Counted from the stretch's first letter, positions 10,587 to 21,995 are shown. The stretch is DNA of 64,000 nt from an uncultured Lachnospiraceae bacterium (GCA_910578175.1 CAJTPF010000017.1:573-64572); one strand, 5' to 3'. Notes: generated by a model not told the origin, from the letters alone. Made by a program: numbers and translations.

Positions 10587-11114
10587 CTATGCAGTATGTA
10601 CGATTCCTGCCGCCGCCTTTTTTAACAGTGGTGCAATGGGAATTACGATTACGGCTGCCGCCGATATCTGCAGGACGTTTCCCGGGATGGAAGATAACGG
10701 AGCGGCAAAGTTTCCGTATAAAAGAACCTCGGCAATATAATATCCGGCAATCTTGACCGTGCCTGCAGCGGTTACTGCCAGGATGATCCGGTTTAAGGAA
10801 TATGCTGTGCCGGTAATTTTGCCCATGATATAACCCATCAGGGAAACTATGACCAAAGTAAAAGGAGCCCAGACCGTCCAGCCGGAGAGAAGGTCAAACA
10901 GCGCCATGCCGATTCCGCCGGATATGGCGCCTACGCAGCTTCCAAATGTGATCGCGGCTATGAATAAAGGGATATTTCCCAGATGAATCAGTCCGCCGTT
11001 GGCGGTAACGGGAAGGCGGATATTGATAAAGGCGGTAAACACATAAGTAAGAGATGTAAAAACAGCGGCCAGCGCCATGGTTCTTGTATTGCTTTTTTTT
11101 TCTGTCTGAATCAT
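10587..11114 (-). CDS. ECF transporter S component (substrate-specific membrane subunit, family undetermined)
   Basis: It is about 175 aa with 5-6 TM helices and Gly-rich helices (GSCVGAISGGIGMALFDLLSG) typical of ECF S units. The start is probably at MIQTEKK. Confidence 0.55.
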   Translation of the reverse strand: MIQTEKKSNTRTMALAAVFTSLTYVFTAFINIRLPVTANGGLIHLGNIPLFIAAITFGSCVGAISGGIGMALFDLLSGWTVWAPFTLVIVSLMGYIMGKITGTAYSLNRIILAVTAAGTVKIAGYYIAEVLLYGNFAAPLSSIPGNVLQISAAAVIVIPIAPLLKKAAAGIVHTA

Positions 11115-11281
11115 GAAAGTTTTATATCCTCCTGAAAAATCTGATGATTGACCGGTCTGTATAGAGATTACCACAAATTGACCTTTTTTAAATAGCCAGT
11201 TATTGAAAAATTAACCATACCAGTTTGCAGAAAAACATGAGAAATGCCCGTTTACAAAGGGTTTTTTTGGTTTACATATAA

Positions 11282-11299
11282 CACACAATATATTGTGTG
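11282..11299. promoter_or_regulatory. NrdR box (perfect 18-bp palindrome cacacaatatattgtgtg) upstream of nrdDG; extended -10 tggtataat at 11347-11355
   Basis: It matches the NrdR box consensus acaCwAtATaTwGtgt. A second, weaker palindrome (aaaacattgtatgtttt) lies at 11365-11381, downstream of the -10. Confidence 0.55.
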
Positions 11300-11440
11300 C
11301 AAACATAAATTTAATCCTATATTTAGTAGACAAAAGGAAATACAGGTGGTATAATGAAGCAGGTTTAAAACATTGTATGTTTTTGGTCAGGCAGAAGAGC
11401 AACATATCTGTCTGAAGTATGAAGGAGGATTTTTGGAATT

Positions 11441-13567
11441 ATGAAAGTAATAAAAAGAGACGGCCGCCGTGTGGAATATGACCGCAACAAGATTGTCCTG
11501 GCCATTCAGAAAGCCAATGAAGAAGTAGAGGCACATGAAAAAGTCAGTGAAGAAAAAATTTATAATATCGTGGCATCCATTGAAAACCGCGGATTCGATG
11601 AAATGCAGGTAGAGGATATCCAGGATATTATTGAACAGAAGCTGATGGCAGAAAAAAAATATGTGCTTGCCAAGACCTATATCATTTACCGTTACACCAG
11701 AGAAATGGTGCGGAAAGCCAATACCACGGATGAATCGATCTTAAGCCTGATTAAAAACAGCAATAAGGACGTAATGGAAGAGAATTCCAATAAAAACGCC
11801 ACAGTGGCATCTACCCAGAGAGATTTGATCGCGGGAGAGGTATCCAAGGACCTGACAAAGCGTATGTTGCTTCCGGAGAAGATCTCCAAAGCACATGAAG
11901 AAGGCGTGCTCCATTTTCACGATGCGGATTATTTTCTGCAGTCTATATTCAACTGTTGTCTGATCAATATTGGGGATATGCTGGAAAATGGTACCGTAAT
12001 GAACGGTAAGCTCATTGAAAGTCCGAAAAGTTTTCAGGTGGCATGTACGGTTGTGACACAGATCATTTCAGCAGTGGCATCCAGTCAGTATGGCGGACAG
12101 TCGGTGGATATCCGGCATTTGGGCAAATATCTGAGAATCAGCCGGGAAAAGTATAAAAAGCATTATACGGAAAAGTATAAAGACCGGATTCCGGCTGATC
12201 TGATGGAACAGTTTATCGATGACCGGCTTCATGATGAACTGCGCTCCGGCGTACAGACCATTCAGTATCAGATCAATACCCTGATGACCACAAACGGACA
12301 ATCTCCGTTTGTGACCCTGTTTCTGAATCTGGAAAAAGATGATGAATATATAGAAGAAAATGCCATGATAATCGAAGAGATTCTTCGTCAGAGACTGGAG
12401 GGCATCAAGAATGAAAAAGGTGTCTTTGTAACGCCGGCATTCCCGAAACTGATCTATGTGCTGGATGAGCATAACTGTCTGAACGGCGGGAAGTACGATC
12501 ACATTACAAAGCTTGCGGTGAAGTGTTCATCCAAGCGGTTATATCCGGATTATATATCTGCAAAGAAAATGCGGGAAAATTATGAAGGAAACGTGTTTAG
12601 TTGTATGGGATGCAGAAGTTTTTTAAGCGCATGGAAAGATGAAGACGGAAATTATAAATGGGAGGGAAGATTTAATCAGGGCGTTGTAAGCCTGAATCTT
12701 CCGCAAATCGGTCTGATCGCCAGAGGCGATAAAGAACTGTTCTGGCAGCTGTTAGAAGAGCGTCTGGCTCTTTGCTTTGAAGCGCTGATGTGCAGACATC
12801 ATGCACTGGAGGGAACGTTATCCAGTGTCAGTCCGATTCACTGGCAGTATGGCGCCATCGCCCGTCTGGGAAAAAACGAAACCATAGACAAGCTGCTGCA
12901 TGACGGATACTCAACCATATCATTGGGATATATCGGGCTTTACGAGGTGACAAAACTTATGACCGGCGTCAGCCATACGGAACCGGAGGGACTGGAATTT
13001 GCCCTGAGGGTAATGAAACGGCTGCGTTCCGCAACGGATACCTGGAAGGAAAATACCGGAATCGGTTTCGGACTTTACGGCACTCCGGCAGAAAGTCTCT
13101 GTTACCGGTTTGCGAATATCGATAAAAAACGGTTTGGAGATGTGAAGGATATTACCGATAAGGGATATTATACCAATTCCTATCATGTGGATGTCAGGGA
13201 AAAGATCGATGCATTTACCAAATTTAAATTTGAAAGTCAGTTTCAGGATATTTCTTCCGGCGGCGCCATTTCTTATGTGGAAATACCAAACATGAGAAAT
13301 AATCTGGAGGCGTTGGAGGAACTGGTAAAATATATTTATGATAATATTCAGTATGCGGAGTTTAATACCAAGTCGGATTATTGCCATGAATGCGGATTTG
13401 ACGGGGAAATTCTCATAAATGAAAATATGGAATGGGAATGTCCGCAGTGCCATAACAAAGACCATTCAAAAATGAATGTAACCAGAAGGACCTGCGGTTA
13501 TCTGGGTGAAAATTTCTGGAATGTGGGAAAGACCAAAGAAATAAAGTCGAGAGTGCTTCATATTTAA
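11441..13567 (+). CDS. nrdD: Anaerobic ribonucleoside-triphosphate reductase (class III)
   Basis: It has an N-terminal ATP-cone, a C-terminal Zn-ribbon cysteine pair and the glycyl-radical motif RTCGYLG. Confidence 0.9.
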   Translation: MKVIKRDGRRVEYDRNKIVLAIQKANEEVEAHEKVSEEKIYNIVASIENRGFDEMQVEDIQDIIEQKLMAEKKYVLAKTYIIYRYTREMVRKANTTDESILSLIKNSNKDVMEENSNKNATVASTQRDLIAGEVSKDLTKRMLLPEKISKAHEEGVLHFHDADYFLQSIFNCCLINIGDMLENGTVMNGKLIESPKSFQVACTVVTQIISAVASSQYGGQSVDIRHLGKYLRISREKYKKHYTEKYKDRIPADLMEQFIDDRLHDELRSGVQTIQYQINTLMTTNGQSPFVTLFLNLEKDDEYIEENAMIIEEILRQRLEGIKNEKGVFVTPAFPKLIYVLDEHNCLNGGKYDHITKLAVKCSSKRLYPDYISAKKMRENYEGNVFSCMGCRSFLSAWKDEDGNYKWEGRFNQGVVSLNLPQIGLIARGDKELFWQLLEERLALCFEALMCRHHALEGTLSSVSPIHWQYGAIARLGKNETIDKLLHDGYSTISLGYIGLYEVTKLMTGVSHTEPEGLEFALRVMKRLRSATDTWKENTGIGFGLYGTPAESLCYRFANIDKKRFGDVKDITDKGYYTNSYHVDVREKIDAFTKFKFESQFQDISSGGAISYVEIPNMRNNLEALEELVKYIYDNIQYAEFNTKSDYCHECGFDGEILINENMEWECPQCHNKDHSKMNVTRRTCGYLGENFWNVGKTKEIKSRVLHI

Positions 13568-13588
13568 CGGCAGGAAAGTTGGTACAAT

Positions 13589-14125
13589 ATGAATTATGCA
13601 GATATCAAGCAGTATGACATAGCCAATGGTCCGGGGATAAGGATATCCGTGTTTGTCAGCGGATGTAATCATCACTGTAAGGATTGTTTTAACGAAGTGG
13701 CCTGGGATTTTAATTATGGAACTCCTTTTACAGAGGCGACCATTGAAACGGTGATTGAATATATGAAACCTTCCTATATAGCAGGACTGACACTGTTAGG
13801 CGGCGAACCCATGGAACCGGCCAATCAGAAAGGTCTGCTTCCTTTGGTCCGAAAGGTAAAAGAAGTCTATCCCGAAAAAAATATCTGGTGCTTTACCGGC
13901 TTCCTGTTTGACAGGGATATAGTGGAAACCATGTTTGACACCATACCGGAAACCAGAGAACTGGTATCCTGTTTTGATGTTATGGTGGACGGAAAATTTG
14001 TTGCGGAACTGAAGAATGTGAATCTGAGATTTAAGGGTTCTTCCAATCAGAGGACCATAATGGTCCAGGAATCCCTGAAGAGAAAAGAGATTGTATTGTG
14101 GGACCCTCCCTCATATGATTATTAG
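13589..14125 (+). CDS. nrdG: Anaerobic RNR activating protein (radical SAM)
   Basis: The CNHHCKDC radical-SAM cluster motif is present. It lies immediately downstream of nrdD. Confidence 0.85.
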   Translation: MNYADIKQYDIANGPGIRISVFVSGCNHHCKDCFNEVAWDFNYGTPFTEATIETVIEYMKPSYIAGLTLLGGEPMEPANQKGLLPLVRKVKEVYPEKNIWCFTGFLFDRDIVETMFDTIPETRELVSCFDVMVDGKFVAELKNVNLRFKGSSNQRTIMVQESLKRKEIVLWDPPSYDY

Positions 14126-14131
14126 CAGAAT

Positions 14132-14178
14132 AAAAACAGGCGGCTGCCTCCAAACTATGGGGCAACCGCCTGTTTTTT
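14132..14178. terminator. Bidirectional intrinsic terminator between nrdG (+) and htpG (-)
   Basis: The stem caggcgg...ccgcctg has a 5' A-tract and a 3' T-tract. Confidence 0.6.
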
Positions 14179-14186
14179 AATGCTTT

Positions 14187-16187
14187 TTATTTTGTCAGCA
14201 TCATCATGATTTCATTGCTGCGCATAATGAATTTCGTCATTTCTTCCGGTGAAAGCTGTTTATGGCTGATCAGGGCTAAATCGTAGAGCTGTTGGCACAT
14301 CATGGCTGTATGCTCGTTTTCTTTGTGTTCCAGAATATATTTTACGAGGGTATTATTTGCATTTAATACAAGCGTAACGTTTGTACCGAACATATCCGGA
14401 TTCATACCGGCCATGCCATACATTTTCATCATATCCTGCATACGTCTGCTTTCTTCAGATAGGGTGACCATGGAGGATATGGATTCATTCTTTAATTTCT
14501 CCACTTTAACATCCAGTTTATCGTTATTCAGCGCTTTTCTAAAGATCTCGGTGAGGGAATCCGCAGTATTCTTAAATTCTTCGTCATCTTCTTTTATTTC
14601 ATCTTTGAAGGAATCATTTAAATCGGAATCGATTCGAAGGAATTTTACGCCTTCGTTTTTTTGTTCCAGATGGCTGATAAACGGCTCGTCAATGTTGTGG
14701 TTTAAGATGACCGCATCGATGCCTTCTTCCCGGAACATATTGATATACTGGCTCTGCTGGATTTCATCCGTTATATAGAAAACCGTATTTTTATGTTTTT
14801 CTTCGTTCTTTGACAGGCAGTCCGGAAGTGTCAGATATTCCTTATCCATGTTTTTGAATAAGATATAATCATTCATCTTTTCGCAGAATTTTTCATCCTT
14901 TAAGCAGCCGAATTTAATAAACGGTCCAATATCGTCCCAGTATTTTTCGTAGGATTCCCGCTGGGTTTTACACATGCCGGAAAGTTTATCCGCTACCTTC
15001 TTGGTAATATAATCGGAAATTTTCTTTACAAAACCATCGTTCTGAAGGGCGCTTCTGGAAACATTCAGCGGAAGGTCCGGACAGTCGATCACGCCTTTTA
15101 ACAGCATAAGGAATTCAGGAATCACCTCTTTGATATTATCGGCAATAAATACCTGATTGTTATATAGCTTAATGGTGCCTTCAATGGTATCGTACTGGGT
15201 ATTCAGCTTTGGAAAATACAGGATCCCTTTCAGATTAAACGGATAATCCATATTCAGATGAATCCAGAACAAAGGCTCTTTATAGTCATTAAATACCTTG
15301 CGGTAGAAGTCTTTGTATTCCTCTTCGCTGCATTCGTTTGGATGCCTGGTCCAAAGAGGATTGGTATCATTGATGGAAACCGGACGTCTTACGATTTTGG
15401 CTTTTTCCGTTGCAGGAAAGATTTCCTTTATTTCTTTTGTACCATCTTCGTTTTCGATTTCTTCGGTCTTTGCTTCTTCTACGATGGTTTCGATAACGAT
15501 ATCTTTTTCCGTAACTTCATCTTGATCTATGGTGTCATAGACCGGTTCGGCATTAGGATTTTCCAAATAGATTTCGATCGGCATGAAAGAACAGTATTTC
15601 TGCATAACTTCACGGGCCCGGTATTCATTGGAAAATTCCAGACTGTCTTCATTCAGATAGAGGGTGATCACCGTACCGCGTTCCGTTTTGTCACTGTCAC
15701 TCATGTCAAATTCCGTACCGCCGTCGCATTCCCAATGTACGGCAGCAGAACCTTCTTTATAGGAAAGAGTATCAATGGTTACCTTATCGGCTACCATAAA
15801 TGCGGAATAAAAACCAAGACCGAAATGACCGATGATCTGGTCTTCATTGGTTTTATCTTTGTACTGGGCTAAGAATGCTTCTGCACCGGAAAAGGCGATC
15901 TGATTGATATATTCTTCCACTTCATCTGCCGTCATACCGATGCCGTTATCTATAAAGGTAAGGGTTTTTTCATTGGAATCGGCGATCACCCTGATCTTAA
16001 ATTCATTGTCTTCAGGGATTTCGTATTCTCCCATCATATCTAATTTCTTTAATTTTGTGATGGCATCACAGCCATTGGAAATCAGTTCCCGAAAGAAAAT
16101 ATCATGGTCGGAATATAACCATTTCTTGATGATAGGAAATATGTTGTCACTGTTAATAGATAAATTACCATGTAGGTTTTCCATTGT
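14187..16187 (-). CDS. htpG: Molecular chaperone HtpG (Hsp90)
   Basis: The GHKL N-domain motif ELISNGCDAITK is present at full Hsp90 length. The likely start is MENLHGNLSIN, 27 codons inside the ORF. Confidence 0.9.
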   Translation of the reverse strand, partial: TMENLHGNLSINSDNIFPIIKKWLYSDHDIFFRELISNGCDAITKLKKLDMMGEYEIPEDNEFKIRVIADSNEKTLTFIDNGIGMTADEVEEYINQIAFSGAEAFLAQYKDKTNEDQIIGHFGLGFYSAFMVADKVTIDTLSYKEGSAAVHWECDGGTEFDMSDSDKTERGTVITLYLNEDSLEFSNEYRAREVMQKYCSFMPIEIYLENPNAEPVYDTIDQDEVTEKDIVIETIVEEAKTEEIENEDGTKEIKEIFPATEKAKIVRRPVSINDTNPLWTRHPNECSEEEYKDFYRKVFNDYKEPLFWIHLNMDYPFNLKGILYFPKLNTQYDTIEGTIKLYNNQVFIADNIKEVIPEFLMLLKGVIDCPDLPLNVSRSALQNDGFVKKISDYITKKVADKLSGMCKTQRESYEKYWDDIGPFIKFGCLKDEKFCEKMNDYILFKNMDKEYLTLPDCLSKNEEKHKNTVFYITDEIQQSQYINMFREEGIDAVILNHNIDEPFISHLEQKNEGVKFLRIDSDLNDSFKDEIKEDDEEFKNTADSLTEIFRKALNNDKLDVKVEKLKNESISSMVTLSEESRRMQDMMKMYGMAGMNPDMFGTNVTLVLNANNTLVKYILEHKENEHTAMMCQQLYDLALISHKQLSPEEMTKFIMRSNEIMMMLTK

Positions 16188-16307
16188 ATAGTACCTCCTT
16201 AAAACTAAATCGCATAGACATAGTTTAATACCGGTAAAATAAAATGTCAAGAAGAAATTAGCACTCATCTGGAAGGAGTGCTGATTATACAGAGGATCAA
16301 AACGGAG

Positions 16308-17594
16308 TTACAATACTATTTTTAAGGAAAACCATCCGTTTTCCGATGTAAAAGAACAAAAGGCATCATATTTTTTACAGAAAGCCATGATGGAGCGGGT
16401 ACCGATTCCGTGTTCTTCTTCTTTTGACTCGGGAATGCCGTTTTTGGAAAATACAACGGTATTGCCGCATGTATTGGAAATTTCCAGCATCAGTTTTGGT
16501 TTGCAGATGCATTTACAGATGATCGTTCTCTGTCCTTCCGGTAACAGGCGGCAGGCTTTTATGGCATTTTCCAGCGCATTTGCCAGCACAATGGAAAATT
16601 CTCCGGAATCCACCGGAAGGGAATCCGGAAAGGAAAGGTGTGTTTCCAGTACGATTCCTGATTCCCTGGCCTGACCGAAATAAGAGGACAGAGTTGCGTT
16701 TAAAAGTATATCTTTACAATATGTCACAGGCACTTCGGTCTGGAACAATGGGGCGGAGCAGGCAATATAGTCAAGAGCTTCAGAAATTTTTCCGTTTTCC
16801 AGCAGAGAGGCTAACGTTTGAAACCGGTGACGGGTATCATGTCTGTCGATCCTGGATCTTTCTGCAGTTATCGCGTCCAATGCAATTTTTTCTTTTAGAT
16901 TTCCTACCTGAAATTTCAAAAACTCCATATTTAGTTTTGCTGTCTGGAAATGATACTGTATGAACAGATATTGAAACAGGGCGAAATAAAGGATCACGAT
17001 GACTGCTCCCAGCAGATAGATAAAAATAACATTTGTGGGATTCTGGGTATAGGGAACAGGATAGGAAGCCAGAGCCACAGAAAGAACCATTAAGGAGCAG
17101 GGAACCAGTGCCAGTATCAGCCAGCCGTTTTTTGTAATGGCGGAAATCTGCAGAAACAGGCGGCGCAGAAAACGGTACTCCAATAAAATGATGGTGCTAT
17201 AGACCGCCAGGCGGAGCAGAAAGTCGGTCCATTCCGAGCCATGAACGGCAGTATTGATCAAAGTAATGCTTGCAGATATATACAAAGAAAATAAAATCTG
17301 CGTCGCATGGTTAAACACGGCCTTGGACGGCTGATCTCCTGCCAGCCGGAAGACCAGATAAATGGCAGGGGCGGAAATGGTAAGCAGGAACATCCGCAAA
17401 TAGAACGTATAGCCAAACAGGACTATGATGGCAGCGCTGGAAGCGGATACATAGCATAGATACAGAAAAAGAATCAGTGCGATCCGTTTTGCACTGTATT
17501 TGAATTTTGTAGTGGAACACATCATGCCCAGCGTACCGATGACGATCAGTAATGTCTTTAATGTGGAATATGGAATATTATTTTCAAATAACAT
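16308..17594 (-). CDS. Sensor histidine kinase, HPK10/AgrC-LytS type (multi-TM + GHKL ATPase)
   Basis: It has 6 or more N-terminal TM helices, the H-box region SRIDRHDTRHRFQ and a C-terminal HATPase_c. It overlaps the upstream LytTR regulator by 11 nt. Confidence 0.75.
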   Translation of the reverse strand: MLFENNIPYSTLKTLLIVIGTLGMMCSTTKFKYSAKRIALILFLYLCYVSASSAAIIVLFGYTFYLRMFLLTISAPAIYLVFRLAGDQPSKAVFNHATQILFSLYISASITLINTAVHGSEWTDFLLRLAVYSTIILLEYRFLRRLFLQISAITKNGWLILALVPCSLMVLSVALASYPVPYTQNPTNVIFIYLLGAVIVILYFALFQYLFIQYHFQTAKLNMEFLKFQVGNLKEKIALDAITAERSRIDRHDTRHRFQTLASLLENGKISEALDYIACSAPLFQTEVPVTYCKDILLNATLSSYFGQARESGIVLETHLSFPDSLPVDSGEFSIVLANALENAIKACRLLPEGQRTIICKCICKPKLMLEISNTCGNTVVFSKNGIPESKEEEHGIGTRSIMAFCKKYDAFCSFTSENGWFSLKIVL

Positions 17595-18336
17595 GAATAT
17601 CTCCTTTGTTCAGCCAGTAATCCGCCCATTTGGATTTCACGTCTTCATAGGTGCGGCGGGGAACGGGTATTGAGTATCCTCCGGTCAGCAGCATATCTGA
17701 TCTGGTAACTTCTGTTACATGGTACAGATTTACAACAAAGGAGACACCAACAGCAAGGAAGCCGCTATATGCAAGAAGCGGTGCGGCGGCATGCCGGAAA
17801 GTACCACAGAAGGATACGCTGTTTATCGTAGTGTGGTCATTCAGATAATAGCGGATAGAGCGGTTCACACGTTCCGCATATAGAATATTGTGGATGGGAA
17901 CGATGCGGGTGGAGCAGGGAGTTTTGATAGAAACGGTTTCCGACCGGAGATGGTTCAGGCGGCTTACGGCTTTATCCATACATAGGGAAAAACGGTTGCC
18001 GTTAATGGGCTTCAGGAGATAATGCAGGGCGTCCGTATTATAGGATTCCACTGCGAAATCAGGGGATGAAGTCAGATAGATGATAATACCGCCGTCATAT
18101 CGTTCACGCAGGGCGGAGCCAAGCCGGATACCGTTCATATCCGGCATGATGATATCTAGTATGTAAAGGTCAAAAGTTCCTTTATCTTCAATATGATCCA
18201 GCAGTTCTCTGCCGGAAGAAAAGCATGAGAGCTCAAAAGAGAATAGAGAAACCGTCTGTTTATAATCTTTTAATAATCTTTTTATTGTTTCGTGACACGT
18301 TGTTTCATCATCGCACAGAGCAATCCGTATCTGCAC
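17584..18336 (-). CDS. LytTR-family response regulator (REC + LytTR DNA-binding)
   Basis: The REC acidic pocket (ALCDDE ... ILDIIMPDMNG) and a C-terminal LytTR domain are present. Confidence 0.8.
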   Translation of the reverse strand: MQIRIALCDDETTCHETIKRLLKDYKQTVSLFSFELSCFSSGRELLDHIEDKGTFDLYILDIIMPDMNGIRLGSALRERYDGGIIIYLTSSPDFAVESYNTDALHYLLKPINGNRFSLCMDKAVSRLNHLRSETVSIKTPCSTRIVPIHNILYAERVNRSIRYYLNDHTTINSVSFCGTFRHAAAPLLAYSGFLAVGVSFVVNLYHVTEVTRSDMLLTGGYSIPVPRRTYEDVKSKWADYWLNKGDIHVI

Positions 18337-18596
18337 TTCTTTGTTTCCTCCTTTGCCGATTTTGCAAAAAATGATACCACATCTGCAATTAAGCCCATTA
18401 AGAACAGGGAATATGTTAAAATATCGAAAATCAGTGTAACAAAAAACGGCTTATGCGTCAATAATGAATATTTTATATGCAAAATATACCAAAAAAAATG
18501 CGAATTGGTCCAAAACGCAAAGGAGTGCTTGTTTATATTGTATAATTTTATCGTTATAAAAAGGAAAAATAAAGAGTAAAAATGTAATTTTATGAA

Positions 18597-20612
18597 ATGA
18601 GGTGCAGAATTTTGTTAAAGACAATTAAAGGAAGACTTACAGTCAGTGTGATCGGCATTGTGGTAGCCGGTATACTTCTGGCTGCAGCAGGAATCATCAC
18701 GGTAGCAGGAAAGCGTCTGATTCAGGATCAAACCCGGGCCCTGCAGCTGAATGCGGATAAATACGGGGAAGAGATCAATACGTGGATTGAAAATGAAAAA
18801 ATGCTGGCAGTTGGTACAGCCGGCAGTTTGCAGGCCGGGAAGAAAACAGATACGGAATTTATCCAGTCGGTAGTGGATACCCATGCGGATGGCAGAAAGG
18901 AACTTTTAAATCTGTATTGCGGAACAAAAGACGGCAGGTTTATCCAGTCCAACAGAGAGGCAGAGATTCCGGATGGATATGATCCGGTACAACGGGGATG
19001 GTATCAGCAGGCAAAAGAAAAGGGAACAGTGATAGTGACAGATCCTTATTGGGATGTTATAACAAATCAGATGTGTACAACGATTGCGGCGCCGGTTTAC
19101 ATGGACGGAGAGCTGGCGGGAGTGATCGGACTGGATGTAACGCTTGGTACAGTTACAGATCTCACAGGAAGCATCAATTATGAAAAAGGTGTCTATGGTT
19201 TTCTGACGGACAGCAGCGGACAATATGTGGCGCATGAAAACAGGGAATATGAACCGACGGAGGATACGGCAGTTGCAGTAACGGATATAATGCCGGGACT
19301 GCAAGGATTGATCGGGGGGACGGATAACCGTGTGAAAAAGCTTAAGGATTATGACGGAAATATGAGTTATTTTGCAGTTGCCGATATTGAGGGCAGCGGC
19401 TGGAAACTGGGGGTCGTAGTGCCAAGCGCCAATATCAGGGGGGCCCTGCTTGCCATGATTGCAGTGGCGTTTATAATTTCACTTATCGTTATTGTATTTG
19501 TGGTATTGTTTATGGCGGGTCTGATCGGAAAGATGTTAGCACCGATACAGATGTTAAAGCAGTTTGCATCCGGAGATTTTTCGGAAAAAACCATGATTGA
19601 AAAAACGATTCCCAAAGAATATAAAAATGAGACAGAACAGATCCGCACCGCGACCGTGGAGGTCAGACAGCAGATTCGGGAGATTATCCTGAATACGAAA
19701 CAGAAGGCAGGCAATATCAGTACAATTGCCGAAAGCACATCCGGAAGGATGACGGAACTGAATCAGGAAATATCCGGTATATCCGGTCTGGTAGGCCGGG
19801 TAACGACACAGACGGTCCAGGCAAGGGAATTGACATCCATAATTATGAACAACGGAAGAGAACTGGGAGATGCTATAGAAAATGTAGCAAAAAAAGCAGG
19901 GGAAGCGGCAGAACAGTCCGGAAGCATTATGGAGAGGGCCGGAAAGCAGCATGAAACTTCCGGACAGTCTGCAGAAGAAGCTATGGCGCTATACCGGAAG
20001 ACGAAAGAAGATTTGGAAAAAGCAATTACCGACAGTCAGAGGGTACGGGAGATCAATACTCTGACTGATGAGATTCTTGCCATCAGCGCCCAGACAAATC
20101 TTCTGGCATTGAATGCATCCATAGAAGCCGTCAGAGCAGGGGAAGCAGGAAAGGGATTTTCCGTTGTTGCAGACGAAATCAGGCAGTTGGCGGACAATTC
20201 AAAACAGGCTGTGGATAAGATTCGTCAGGTGACGAAAGGGGTTGTACATAACGTTGCTTTTTTGTCGGAAAGTTCAGGAAAATTATTGGAATTTATGAAC
20301 GGAAAAGTAATGGAAGATTACAGGGGAATGACTGAACTTGCAGAAGTATATCAGAAAGATGCCATATTTTATAATGACATTTCCGAAGATCTGGGAGCCG
20401 CATCCGAAGAGATGAGCGCCAGCATGGCAGGCATCAATGAATCTATTGCTGCAATTACGGATCTTGTGGGTGAAATAGCGGAGTTTATGGGTAGTATGAA
20501 ACAGTCTGCAGAAAAATCCAATGAAAATTCAGAAGCCGTGGTAAAGCAGATGGAAGAATTGTTCCGGTTAAGCGAATCGTTAAACCGGACGGTAGCTTCG
20601 TTCAGAGTGTGA
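18597..20612 (+). CDS. Methyl-accepting chemotaxis protein with a periplasmic dCache_1 sensor
   Basis: It has TM1, a Cache-like region ([19 protein letters not shown]), TM2, HAMP and the MCP signalling domain ([31 protein letters not shown]). Confidence 0.85.
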   Translation: MRCRILLKTIKGRLTVSVIGIVVAGILLAAAGIITVAGKRLIQDQTRALQLNADKYGEEINTWIENEKMLAVGTAGSLQAGKKTDTEFIQSVVDTHADGRKELLNLYCGTKDGRFIQSNREAEIPDGYDPVQRGWYQQAKEKGTVIVTDPYWDVITNQMCTTIAAPVYMDGELAGVIGLDVTLGTVTDLTGSINYEKGVYGFLTDSSGQYVAHENREYEPTEDTAVAVTDIMPGLQGLIGGTDNRVKKLKDYDGNMSYFAVADIEGSGWKLGVVVPSANIRGALLAMIAVAFIISLIVIVFVVLFMAGLIGKMLAPIQMLKQFASGDFSEKTMIEKTIPKEYKNETEQIRTATVEVRQQIREIILNTKQKAGNISTIAESTSGRMTELNQEISGISGLVGRVTTQTVQARELTSIIMNNGRELGDAIENVAKKAGEAAEQSGSIMERAGKQHETSGQSAEEAMALYRKTKEDLEKAITDSQRVREINTLTDEILAISAQTNLLALNASIEAVRAGEAGKGFSVVADEIRQLADNSKQAVDKIRQVTKGVVHNVAFLSESSGKLLEFMNGKVMEDYRGMTELAEVYQKDAIFYNDISEDLGAASEEMSASMAGINESIAAITDLVGEIAEFMGSMKQSAEKSNENSEAVVKQMEELFRLSESLNRTVASFRV

Positions 20613-20654
20613 TACTTTGGAAAATCATAAGAAAAGCAGGAGGCATGGGAAGTC

Positions 20655-21995
20655 ATGTTAGGTGGTCCGGTATACATAGCGCTGATCCGTTTTTCGGTCA
20701 GCCTTGCAGGAGTGATCATATTGTTTTTCCTGATGAGTGAACCGCGATATGAAAGAAAAAAGATGATCATCGGTTATGGTTGTTTTAGCACCGTGGTGAT
20801 CGTGTCGGCATGTATCTGGTATATGACCGACTGGGAAAGCTGTATAAAATTGGTGGCATTTGTAATGTTTATTTGCTTTTCTGTTTTTGCAGTATGTATG
20901 AGCAGCGACCATATCTATCTTTCGGTATATAAACTGGCTCTTACATTCTATCTGCTGGCAGTATTTCTTGTAGGCGGTCTGGAAGTATCCATATTGATTT
21001 TTCAAAGAAACGTGTGGGCCGATATTATTACCAGAATCATTCTGATCGTGCTCATGGCGCTTTTTATTGAGAAAAAAATAAAATATGCCATCCGTGGATT
21101 TGGCTATTATGTAGAAAACGAACTGGATCATATAAGTGTTACCATTATGATCATCAGCATCCTGTTTGGCATAGGCTTTATTTTAAATCCGAGTATTACG
21201 GATCAGACACCGTACCGCCTGTTTCAAATGGCCATAAACTTTTATCTGACCGGAGCCCTTCAGTTTCTGGTGTTCCGGCTTTATCTTCATATTGGTCAGG
21301 AAAAGGAATATCAGAAAGAGAATCAGTTGATGAAAATGAATCAGAGACTGTTGGAACGGAATATGGAACTTCTGGAGGAATCGGCGGAGTCCGGCAGAAG
21401 GATTCGTCATGATGTAAGGCATCATAACACAGTCATAGCTGAATATGCCCGAAGAGGACAAAACGGAGAATTGCTGCAATATCTAAAGGAATATACCAGA
21501 AAAACGGACAGTGGGATTTCGGAGAAAATTTGTGCCAATACTGCGGTCAACAATATACTTTCAGCCTATACAAGAAAGGCGAAAAGGCAGCAGATTCAGG
21601 TTACGCTGGATGTGGAACTGAACAGAAAACTGTCCATACCCAATATTGATCTGGTAACAATACTGGCAAATGCCTATGAAAATGCCATATTCGCCTGTAT
21701 GGAAGTAAAAAATCAGTCAGCAGGCAGATCATGCTTTATTCATTTAATGCTTAAAAGAAAGAAAAATAAACTGGTCATTTGTTGCCGGAATACCTGCCGG
21801 GCAGAAACCGAATTAAAAAACGGAGAGCCAAAACCGGAATTTACGGGTGGTATCGGTGTCCTCAGCATAATCAAAACAGCGGCTAATTATGATGGGGAGT
21901 ATGATTTCAGAAATGATAACGGGGTCTTTATTTTTCGACTGATCATGAAAATTCCTTCGACAGACGGAAATTTAAATAAAAATCTGAAAATTTGA
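20655..21995 (+). CDS. Sensor histidine kinase, HPK10/AgrC-type, paralogous to the kinase at 16308-17594
   Basis: It has multi-TM N-terminal helices, the H-box RRIRHDVRHHNTV and a GHKL C-terminus. Confidence 0.75.
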   Translation: MLGGPVYIALIRFSVSLAGVIILFFLMSEPRYERKKMIIGYGCFSTVVIVSACIWYMTDWESCIKLVAFVMFICFSVFAVCMSSDHIYLSVYKLALTFYLLAVFLVGGLEVSILIFQRNVWADIITRIILIVLMALFIEKKIKYAIRGFGYYVENELDHISVTIMIISILFGIGFILNPSITDQTPYRLFQMAINFYLTGALQFLVFRLYLHIGQEKEYQKENQLMKMNQRLLERNMELLEESAESGRRIRHDVRHHNTVIAEYARRGQNGELLQYLKEYTRKTDSGISEKICANTAVNNILSAYTRKAKRQQIQVTLDVELNRKLSIPNIDLVTILANAYENAIFACMEVKNQSAGRSCFIHLMLKRKKNKLVICCRNTCRAETELKNGEPKPEFTGGIGVLSIIKTAANYDGEYDFRNDNGVFIFRLIMKIPSTDGNLNKNLKI

